From Armatimonadota bacterium (GTDB lineage Bacteria; Armatimonadota; SYMT01): a stretch of 64,000 bases of DNA. The position numbers and the translations under genes are program-made. Shown in pieces: positions 49,095 to 57,075 of the stretch; position 1 is the stretch's first letter, and every line of letters starts with the position of its first letter. The DNA is taken from assembly GCA_041690135.1 (NCBI GenBank), contig JAWLHY010000006.1:375778-439777 (forward strand), given 5' to 3'. The notes below the pieces were generated by a model. That model was not told the DNA's origin. It searched no databases and saw only the letters and a program-made list of their open reading frames with translations.

Positions 49095-50249
49095 TTAGTC
49101 GGGCACGGGTTCGGGAGTGGTGGGGTTTTCGGAACCGTAAAGTGAGAGGAATTCGCGGCGGAACTCGAGGAAGCGGTCGGCTTCCAGGGCGGCACGGACT
49201 CCTTCCATCAGGCGCGCGTAGAAGGCGATGTTGTGGTAGGAGAGGATCCGGGACGCCAGGATCTCGTCGGACTTGTAAAGGTGACGGACGTAGGCGGCGG
49301 AGTAGTTTCGGCAACACCACTCGCGGCAGTTCGGGTCCACCGGATTGAAGTCATCGGCGTAGCGCGAGTTCTTGATGTTGATCCGGCCGATGGAAGTGTA
49401 GGCACTGCCGTTCCGACCGAGGCGGCTGGGCAGCACGCAGTCGAACATGTCGATGCCCGCCCGCACGCCGTCGAGGAGGTCCACCGGCGTCCCCACCCCC
49501 ATCAGGTAGCGCGGCTTCTCCCGCGGCAGGAGGGGCGCGGTGTGTTCCACCACCTCGAACATGGCCTCCTTCGGCTCCCCCACGGAAACGCCGCCGATGG
49601 CGTTGCCGGGAAAGTCCAGTTCGGCGATGGCCGCGGCACTGCGGGTCCGGAGGTCGAGGTAGGTGCCGCCCTGGACGATGCCGAAGAGTTGGCCATACAG
49701 CTCCGGCTCTTCGTCCCGTCGCTTCCGCCAGTGTTCCTTACAGCGGGCCGCCCAGCGGTGCGTCCGCTCCATGGCGGCCAGCACGTGGGCGTGGTCGGCG
49801 GGGTAGGGGGCGCACTCGTCGAAGGCCATGATGATGTCCGACCCCAGGGCGAACTGGACGTCCATCACGCTTTCGGGTGAGAAGAAGTGTTCGGAGCCAT
49901 CGATGTGGCTGCGGAACAACACCCCTTCCTCTTTGATCTTGCGCAGGTCCTCCAGGCTAAAGACCTGAAAACCGCCGCTATCGGTGAGTATGGCGCCGTT
50001 CCACCCGATGAAGCCGTGCAGTCCGCCGGCTCTCCGGATGAGGGACTCGCCGGGCCGGAGGTGGAGGTGGTAGGTGTTGCCGAGGATCAGGCGGTACCCC
50101 AAGTCCGCAAGCTCCTGTTGACTGAGGGCCTTGACCGTACCCTGCGTGCCCACGGGCATATACGTGGGGGTTTCCACGTCCCCGTGGGCGGTGTGGAGAC
50201 GCCCCCGCCGGGCGTGACACTCACTGGAAGTCTGAAGCAGGGTAAACAG
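49095..50249 (-). CDS. tgt: tRNA-guanine transglycosylase; CTG start
   Basis: ARRGRLHTAHG.VETP.YMPVGT, NTYHL, TDSGGFQVFSL, GIVQGG, PRYLMGVG, DMFDCVLP, zinc site C.EWC...H. Confidence 0.96.
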   Translation of the reverse strand: MFTLLQTSSECHARRGRLHTAHGDVETPTYMPVGTQGTVKALSQQELADLGYRLILGNTYHLHLRPGESLIRRAGGLHGFIGWNGAILTDSGGFQVFSLEDLRKIKEEGVLFRSHIDGSEHFFSPESVMDVQFALGSDIIMAFDECAPYPADHAHVLAAMERTHRWAARCKEHWRKRRDEEPELYGQLFGIVQGGTYLDLRTRSAAAIAELDFPGNAIGGVSVGEPKEAMFEVVEHTAPLLPREKPRYLMGVGTPVDLLDGVRAGIDMFDCVLPSRLGRNGSAYTSIGRINIKNSRYADDFNPVDPNCREWCCRNYSAAYVRHLYKSDEILASRILSYHNIAFYARLMEGVRAALEADRFLEFRREFLSLYGSENPTTPEPVPD

Positions 50250-50316
50250 CGGTCGGGTCCTTTCCTACGGGTGCGCCGTATCCGCAACCGGTGCGGCACG
50301 GCGGCATGCGAAAGGC

Positions 50317-50325
50317 ATTCTATCA
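50317..50325 (-). promoter_or_regulatory. Extended -10 promoter of tgt
   Basis: TGaTAGAAT about 70 nt upstream of the CTG. Confidence 0.5.
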
Positions 50326-50348
50326 CGACCCAACCGCCGTGTTGCCCC

Positions 50349-50819
50349 TCACTCCTCGCGTTCGGCGGCGCACTGGCGGGTTCCCTCTTCCACTATTTCA
50401 TGGAAGACGGTGTCTCCGCGAAACATGCCGATGGTGGAAGTCCAACTGCGTTGAGAGATGCCGGGGCCGCCGTCGCTGACTTCGCGCTGGCCCATTCCGA
50501 GGGGGAACCGGTAATCGCGGAAGACCCAGAGATGGTAATGGTTGGCCGTATCGACCAACCGGCTCTCCGCGGGGTAGAGCTCGACCGCCTCCGTCTCCTC
50601 CCCCACTAACTCGTTCTTGATCCGCTGGAAGTCGCGCCAGTCATGCCGGGCCGAGCCGTCGGCGTTCCGGATCGTGAGGTGGACGTAGGGGCCGAAGGGG
50701 CCTTCGGCATACTCGCGCCGCACCACCTGGTACCGGTTGTTCTGGTGCAGCGTTCCGGGGGTTCCGTCCGGGCCTACCACCACGCCTTCCAGTTGCTGGA
50801 AATCGGTCCAGGGGTCCAT
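50349..50819 (-). CDS. Hypothetical protein resembling a phage-associated family (DUF7694-like)
   Basis: HLTIR..D....HDWRDFQRIKNELVG.E.EAVE.YPAESRLVD.AN.YHLW. Confidence 0.7.
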   Translation of the reverse strand: MDPWTDFQQLEGVVVGPDGTPGTLHQNNRYQVVRREYAEGPFGPYVHLTIRNADGSARHDWRDFQRIKNELVGEETEAVELYPAESRLVDTANHYHLWVFRDYRFPLGMGQREVSDGGPGISQRSWTSTIGMFRGDTVFHEIVEEGTRQCAAEREE

Positions 50820-50842
50820 GAGGCGGCCTCAGTGAGCGGGCT

Positions 50843-50905
50843 ATGGGTGTAAGGGAGTAGGGAGGTATGGAAGTGTAGGAGTAGGAGTAGGAGTAGGAGT
50901 AGGAG
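50843..50905. repeat. (GTAGGA)5 microsatellite with degenerate purine-rich lead-in
   Basis: Five exact gtagga at 50875-50904. Confidence 0.85.
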
Positions 50906-51003
50906 CGAGTACTGGAATGGGCGTAGTTATGGGGGAGAACGGCGGTAGGGTTGCCGACGTTCTCCCCTGTGCATCATCCTTACTGCCGCTGGCAGTCTCC
51001 TGT

Positions 51004-51897
51004 CTAGAGGAGCTCCAACTCCCGCAGGATGACGGCGATGGCCTCCCGTTTCTCCGGGCTCAGCGGCGGGATGGGGGCCGTGGTGTAGTGGTGGCAGACG
51101 CCCATCAACTCCAGCGCCGTCTTGAAGCAGGCGATGGGCGCGCCGAGCATACTCAGCGCCATCAGCCGGTGAATCCGGTCCTGGAGACGGATGAGCGTCG
51201 CCGCATCCGCGGCCTTCCCGGCGGCGTAGACGTCGAGCATCAGCCTGGGGTCGAGGTTCGCAATGCCGGGAACCAGTCCGTCCGCGCCGTACAGGAGCGC
51301 CGCGCCGGCCAGTGGTGGGATGCCGATGAGCACTCCGAAACCTTCCCGGCCGCGCAGGAGCGACAGGATCTTCTGGAAGTGGACAAAGTCGGCGCTGCTG
51401 TCCTTCACGCCCACGATGTTCGGAATCTCGGCGAGCTTCGCCATCGTGTCCGGCGCCATCTGGACCTTCGTCGTGAGCGGGATATTGTAGATCACCACGG
51501 GGAGCCCCGTGGCAGCCGCGCAGGCGCGGAAGTGCGGCACCTGGTCGTCCTCGCCCCGGCTCAGGTAGTAGTACGGCGGAGTGACCGCCACCGCGTCTGC
51601 TCCGGCGGCTTCCGCGGCCCGGATGTTGTCGATCGCCCGCGCCGTGGAGCTGTCCATGCAGCCCACGATCAGCGGGACCCGATCGCCGACGATCCGGCGG
51701 GCGGCGCGGATCGACTTCTCCCGTTCCGCGTCCCGGAGCGCGGGCTGCTCGCCGGTGGTCCCCAGGAAGAAGATTCCGTGGACCCCGGCGTCGAGCATGC
51801 GGCCGAGCTGCCTTTCCAGGCCGGCCTCGTCCAGGGTTTCATCCGCATTCAGCGGGGTGACCAGGGGCGGCACGACGCCGCGAAGCTGAAAAGCCAT
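51004..51897 (-). CDS. Dihydrodipicolinate synthase family aldolase (DapA/KDG aldolase-like)
   Basis: GVVPPLVTP, LGTTGE, VTPPYY, IYNIP, GVKDSS. Confidence 0.88.
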   Translation of the reverse strand: MAFQLRGVVPPLVTPLNADETLDEAGLERQLGRMLDAGVHGIFFLGTTGEQPALRDAEREKSIRAARRIVGDRVPLIVGCMDSSTARAIDNIRAAEAAGADAVAVTPPYYYLSRGEDDQVPHFRACAAATGLPVVIYNIPLTTKVQMAPDTMAKLAEIPNIVGVKDSSADFVHFQKILSLLRGREGFGVLIGIPPLAGAALLYGADGLVPGIANLDPRLMLDVYAAGKAADAATLIRLQDRIHRLMALSMLGAPIACFKTALELMGVCHHYTTAPIPPLSPEKREAIAVILRELELL

Positions 51898-52922
51898 TAT
51901 CTCAACTCCACCGGGCGGCCGGTTTTCACCGACTCCGCCTCGGCCAGGACGGTCGCCAGGGAATCGCGCCCGCTGCGAGCCGCGATCACCGGAGGCAACT
52001 CGCCGGTGGCGACGCCGCGTACCGCCGTCCGCAGTTGCTCCGCGAAGCCGTCCTTGATCCGGGGCTCCAGCTCGTGCTTCCCGCCGTCGGCGGTGTAGAC
52101 TTCGACCTTGGGCGTGGTGCTGCTGTTGTGCTTCAGCATCGCCTGCTCGAAGTAGACGTCGTAGCCGTGCTCGAACTCAATCCCCTTCTGCGCCACGGCG
52201 CCGCTCTGGGCGGTCACGCAGATGTTCTTTCCGGGGTACTGGTACTCGGTCACCAGGTAGTCCACCTGGCCGCCTTCCGAGACACTCCCGGTCGACCAGA
52301 CCGCGGACGGACGGCCAAAAAGGAACTGGATAAAGTCCGTGTCGTGGATGTGCAGGTCCACCACGGCGCCACCAGTTTTAGCGGCATCGGCGAACCAGTT
52401 GTCGCCGGACCAATCCGGCCGGGAGATCACGCGCTTGAAGTGCGCCCCACGCAGGGCGCCGTACTCGCCGCTCTCCAGCAGATCCTTGATTGCCGCGAAC
52501 TCCGGCCAGAAGCGCAACACCTGGGCCACCATCAGAAGTCGCCCGGTGCGCTCAGCCGCGGCAATCATCGCATCCGCGTCTTCTACCGTCAGTGCCAGCG
52601 GCTTCTCCACCAGGACATGCTTTCCGGCTTCCAGGGCGCGGATCGCCAGGTCCCGGTGCAGAAAGCTCGGCAGGCAGAGGTCGATCAGGTCGATCTCCGG
52701 ATCGGCCAGCATGGCATCCAGGTCGTCATATTTCTTGATGCCGGTCAGGTCCTGGACGCCCCCACCGCCTCCAAAATTGCCACGGACTTCCGTCCAGTCG
52801 CCTTCCAACTTCTTGCGATCCCGGGTGAAGATGGCGGCTACCTGCGCCTCTTCGACCTGCGGATAGGCTTTGAAGTGGGTCACGCCCATGAACCCGATCC
52901 CGGCGATGCCCACGCGAACCAT
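51897..52922 (-). CDS. Gfo/Idh/MocA family oxidoreductase
   Basis: GIGFMG, GKHVLVEKP, GG...DLHIHD. Confidence 0.9.
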   Translation of the reverse strand: MVRVGIAGIGFMGVTHFKAYPQVEEAQVAAIFTRDRKKLEGDWTEVRGNFGGGGGVQDLTGIKKYDDLDAMLADPEIDLIDLCLPSFLHRDLAIRALEAGKHVLVEKPLALTVEDADAMIAAAERTGRLLMVAQVLRFWPEFAAIKDLLESGEYGALRGAHFKRVISRPDWSGDNWFADAAKTGGAVVDLHIHDTDFIQFLFGRPSAVWSTGSVSEGGQVDYLVTEYQYPGKNICVTAQSGAVAQKGIEFEHGYDVYFEQAMLKHNSSTTPKVEVYTADGGKHELEPRIKDGFAEQLRTAVRGVATGELPPVIAARSGRDSLATVLAEAESVKTGRPVELR

Positions 52923-53024
52923 AGTCCCTGTTCTCCTTCACATCGATCGCACGACGGCCGCGCCCGGTCGAGCGGCTGTCACCCCCTCGTTCGGTCTGAA
53001 TGACCCGGCTTCCTACCCGCCTTC

Positions 53025-53765
53025 TCACCCGGTTTCGCACTCCGCCTCCCCGGCGCCGAGCCGGAGCACGAGATCGGCGACCAGGGGAAGATGATCGCTC
53101 ACCGCGGTTTCCACCACATGGCAGCCTCGCAGTTCGAAATGACGGCTGGTGAGGATGTAGTCGATCTTGTGTTTGGGCGAGTCCCATGGGAAGGTGTGGA
53201 TATCGCCGGAAGAACAATCCGTCAACCCACAGCCTTTCAATATCTGAATCTCCGGGCTATCGGGGAAGGCATTCAGATCTCCCACCAGCACTACCGGGAC
53301 GTCGATCTTACTAAGGTACCGAGAGATGGCCCGGACCTCCTGCATGCGCTCCTCCTGACGTAGCCCGAGGTGCGTGGTCATGAAGTGGAAGCGGCCGCCG
53401 TCCAGCTCATAGCGAGTATCTAGCAGGGAGCGCGGCTCCAGGCCGCCCGGCAGGCGAATCCGCCGGACCACGCCGGGCTTCCAGCGGCTGAGGACCGCAT
53501 TCCCGTAGCCCACCGGTCCCAGGCCCAGGCTGCGGCGGAAAATCACGTGCCTCTCCAGCAGCTTCGCGAGGCGGCGCGGCTGATCCTGGAAGACATAGGG
53601 GGGCGGCATAAAACGATGGACTTCCTGCAGGCCGACAAAATCAGCGCCGATTTCCCGCAGCACCCTGGCTGTCGCTTCCAGGTCCACGATTCCAACGGCG
53701 GGCCGCCCCCCATGGATATTGAAGCTGGCCACACGGAGTCTCTGCACGAGCGACCTTTGTCCCAC
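53025..53765 (-). CDS. Endonuclease/exonuclease/phosphatase family protein
   Basis: ASFNIH, GLQEV, YGNAVLS, TTHL, GDLN, IDYI, SDHLP. Confidence 0.9.
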   Translation of the reverse strand: MGQRSLVQRLRVASFNIHGGRPAVGIVDLEATARVLREIGADFVGLQEVHRFMPPPYVFQDQPRRLAKLLERHVIFRRSLGLGPVGYGNAVLSRWKPGVVRRIRLPGGLEPRSLLDTRYELDGGRFHFMTTHLGLRQEERMQEVRAISRYLSKIDVPVVLVGDLNAFPDSPEIQILKGCGLTDCSSGDIHTFPWDSPKHKIDYILTSRHFELRGCHVVETAVSDHLPLVADLVLRLGAGEAECETG

Positions 53766-53780
53766 TCCTGTTCCGCGGTG

Positions 53781-54503
53781 TTAGACCGCGATTTCGCGCA
53801 CCACGCGGATGCCGTTCAGCGCCATATGGTAGAGGAAGACCCGGTGCAGCAACTCGGCGTTGTGAGGCAGCGCGCCGATCTGTTGCGCGGTCTCCACCGG
53901 GAGATCGTAAGTGTTCACGAGGTCGGCCGGCACCCACACCTCGACCGCCTTGCCCCGGGCATTTGCCTGCAGGCGGAGATGCATGGCCGTCTGGTAGATG
54001 CAGAGATCGGTACAGTCTCCGACCAAAACCCAGGTGGTCACCTCCGGATGCTCCCGCTTCCACGCCTCCATCTCCGTCTCCAGCCCCACGTTGAGAGAGC
54101 TCTTGGGGAGTTGCAAGATCTCGGAGTAGAAAGGTAATCCGGTCAGCTCGGGAATAACTTCTGCCTCACGGGTACCGCGGATACAGTGCGGCGGAAACGC
54201 GGCGAACTCCGGCGAATCCGGGGGATGGGCATCGGTGGCCAGCAGAATCTTCGTGATTCCCTCCGCGTGAACCGCGTCCAGGAAGTGAGCCGCCCGCGGC
54301 CCCAGTGCGCCGACGCGTGGACTGGCCAGCGGCCCTTCCGAGCAGAACCCCACCAGCAGATCCACGACGATGACGGCCACCGTTCTCGGGTCCCGCTCCT
54401 CGAGGAAGTCCGCGCGCAGAGTGGCGCTGGGAAGTGCTTCGTACCACGCATCGAGCCACTGCAAAAACGGCTCCGATGCAACTGCCAACTCCGATCCAGC
54501 CAT
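53781..54503 (-). CDS. Isochorismatase/nicotinamidase family cysteine hydrolase
   Basis: VVD..VGF, D.H, FPPHC..GT.E, K, GDCTDLC. Confidence 0.88.
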   Translation of the reverse strand: MAGSELAVASEPFLQWLDAWYEALPSATLRADFLEERDPRTVAVIVVDLLVGFCSEGPLASPRVGALGPRAAHFLDAVHAEGITKILLATDAHPPDSPEFAAFPPHCIRGTREAEVIPELTGLPFYSEILQLPKSSLNVGLETEMEAWKREHPEVTTWVLVGDCTDLCIYQTAMHLRLQANARGKAVEVWVPADLVNTYDLPVETAQQIGALPHNAELLHRVFLYHMALNGIRVVREIAV

Positions 54504-54693
54504 TCCCGTTCCTTTCCGCGCGTGCGTTCTCCAGCCCGCCTATTGGACTCAGGGCGGGTGGTCGCTCCAGGGCCTACGCCTCCGGTTTTGAGCGGCCATC
54601 CGCCGGGTAACACCAGCCGGATGTGGGCTGCCGGCCAAGGAACCAAAGTAAGTAAGGTCCGGACCCACCCTGATTTGGAGGATCACACCGAAG

Positions 54694-55056
54694 ATGCCGG
54701 TTGTCTATAGAAACGATGATAGCCCTGCATGGGCCACCATGGCCATTGTTCTGGTCGTGGCGTTGTTCGCGCTGCTCATCGGCTACTTTGCCTGGTGGCA
54801 GCCCCGCGCGGATGCCGAGAGCCGCCCCGAGGTAAACGTTATTCAGCCGGCGCAGCCGAGCCCCGCCCCTACCGTAATTCCGGTGCCGGTACCGGGACCT
54901 TCGGGCCCCGCCGGACCGGCCGGACCCGCGGGCCCGGCGGGACCTTCAGGCCCGGCAGCCCCCGCGCAACCGGCTGAACCGGCGGAGCCGGCCGCACCGG
55001 CGGCGCCCGCGGAACCGGCGGAGCCGGCCGCGCCGAGCGGCGAGAGCGGGATGTAA
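54694..55056 (+). CDS. Single-TM protein with collagen-like (GPA)n and (PAE/PAA)n tail
   Basis: SD GGAGG; TM residues ~15-35; 9-bp periodic DNA repeats. Confidence 0.75.
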   Translation: MPVVYRNDDSPAWATMAIVLVVALFALLIGYFAWWQPRADAESRPEVNVIQPAQPSPAPTVIPVPVPGPSGPAGPAGPAGPAGPSGPAAPAQPAEPAEPAAPAAPAEPAEPAAPSGESGM

Positions 55057-55169
55057 TCTACGCTCCGGTCCAAATGAATCGAAAGAGGCTGGTTGCCGTG
55101 TGGCGACCAGCCTCTTTCATGTTTTTCAGACTGCAGGGGACCAACCGGTGTATGCCGGGCTGGGGCGAT

Positions 55170-55733
55170 CTACCAGTGGCGCAAAGAGTCGGCACGCAGC
55201 TCGGCCTGGAAGCGGTCGAGGATCTTGCGGACCTTATCCCCTTCGTCCAGGTTGGTCCGCACCATCACCCAGGCCTGACCTTCGATGATGCGGCCGTACC
55301 ACTGCCGGGCCATCTCGTGTGTAAAGCCGAAATTCGTCATCGTGCCCGGAACACCCCCAGCCGCGGCGCCAACCTGGGCTCCCCCGATCGCGATGGCCAG
55401 GGGCCCCGCCGCCAGGATGGCGAGCTCGATATCCGGTGGGATCCGATCGCGGTAGGCGGGGCGCGCGCCGCCCTGCCATCCCAGCCGCTCCCACGCCGAA
55501 TGCACCGCCAGCTCGGCGAACGGATTATCCGCGTCTTCTTCTTCGCCCCGGCGGCTCACGTCTTCCTCGGCCCTCTCCCGCACCGCCAGCGAGATTTCAC
55601 TGCTGGGAACCCCTGCGTCCAGCAGTGCGGTGATGACCCGGTCGGCCAGGGCGCGATCCCGGAACATGCCTGCAACAAAGAGCGGCAACGTGCGTACCTC
55701 GTCGTTTTCCCAGGCTGTGGCGCTCTCGTCCAC
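55170..55733 (-). CDS. General stress protein-like membrane protein (YflT-like)
   Basis: G.F.D...A.R....L..AG...EIS and Gly-rich AAGPLA..GGA..GAAAGG...G motif. Confidence 0.6.
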   Translation of the reverse strand: MDESATAWENDEVRTLPLFVAGMFRDRALADRVITALLDAGVPSSEISLAVRERAEEDVSRRGEEEDADNPFAELAVHSAWERLGWQGGARPAYRDRIPPDIELAILAAGPLAIAIGGAQVGAAAGGVPGTMTNFGFTHEMARQWYGRIIEGQAWVMVRTNLDEGDKVRKILDRFQAELRADSLRHW

Positions 55734-55973
55734 AGACCAAAACCGGGAAAGTATATCCCAGATCTCCGCCCACGCCGCAGCCTGCTCCGTCGAAGAAAGT
55801 CAGTATCTTTTGCAACGGTTGATGCCTGAAGCACGGTTGACGCTGGCTGATAGGCATACCTATAATCACCGGTCGGCCCATCCGACCCGCCACGCATGGC
55901 AGATCACCGGTTCGGGAGCGGCCCAACGCGCTCCCGCCGGCAGCAAACAGTAGTAGCAGGGAAACAAGGGGTA

Positions 55974-56627
55974 ATGGGAAACCGCTGGAGTAAGGATACG
56001 ATCGGCCTGGAGATTCTGCGGCTCTACGCCGCCGGAGAAGCACTGAACTACGGCGAGGTGCAGAAGAACCACCTCCGGCTACTGCGCGCGGCCGTCCGCT
56101 ACTTCGGGTCGTGGCAGAGGGCGATCGAGTTTGCCGGGCTCGACTACGATCAAATCCGGCGCTACAAGGTGTGGACGGAAGACCGGATCCTGGAGCAAAT
56201 CCAGAAGTACCATGCCGAAGGCAAGGATCTCTCCTGGCGCCATGTGTCGACGCAGTTGGATCCGCCCCTCGCCGCGGCAGCCATTCGCTGCGGCCGCTTC
56301 GGCACCTGGGAGAAGGCTCTCGAAGCCGCGGGCCTCGATTACGATGAAATCCGCCGGCACCGCCGTTGGGACGACGATACCATCGTGAACGAACTTCGCC
56401 GGCTCCATTCGGAAGGCGCCAGCCTGCGGGTTTCGGATGCCGCGGAGGACTGCCCTGCCCTGGTGGCCGCGGCCCGTCGCCGGTTCGAGGGCTGGTACGA
56501 AGCCGTGGAGGCCGCCGGGCTGGACGAACTGGAGGCGCGCCTGGGCCTGGATGGCCAGTGGGATCCCGAAACGGCGCGTGGAGAACTCTCCTGGCAGGAA
56601 CTTCAAGAGAACCGGGCGGCCTCTTAA
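55974..56627 (+). CDS. Protein of three tandem helical repeats (homing-endonuclease-associated-repeat-like), no nuclease domain
   Basis: Three units W..D.I...I..L...G..L...L..AA.R.F..W..A.E.AGLD; TATAAT at 55861. Confidence 0.75.
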   Translation: MGNRWSKDTIGLEILRLYAAGEALNYGEVQKNHLRLLRAAVRYFGSWQRAIEFAGLDYDQIRRYKVWTEDRILEQIQKYHAEGKDLSWRHVSTQLDPPLAAAAIRCGRFGTWEKALEAAGLDYDEIRRHRRWDDDTIVNELRRLHSEGASLRVSDAAEDCPALVAAARRRFEGWYEAVEAAGLDELEARLGLDGQWDPETARGELSWQELQENRAAS

Positions 56628-57075
56628 CCGCATCCCCCGCAAGATTTGAACTGGCCGAGCCCCTCCGGCGGCACTCCTACTGCCCATGGAGGGGCTTACT
56701 TACGTTCCAGCCCCGGCATCGCGGCACCGGACAATTCCGCGCGGGGACCTCCAGAAAGGACGGTCCCCCTGCCGAAGATGTCGTTAGTGGTGAATACAAC
56801 CTGCCGCCGCCTCGCGGTCCGTTGCACTGAACGCACCCGATTGCACTTTATCTTGATAGCCTCTCTGCTCTCCTAGCTGCGGGGGCGAATGGCTAAGAAG
56901 GAACTAACCCGGCGGGTGGTCGAACACTGGCTGAAGGCGGCCCGACACCCTTGCCGAGAAAGCGAGCAGCCCCCTTCCGGCGCTCGCACCCTTCCTGACC
57001 TACTTTGGAGAACGTCTCCGCGCGGCGAAGCACCTCTCGCCCGCGGCCTTCCACCGGCTCGCCCGATACTGCGTT

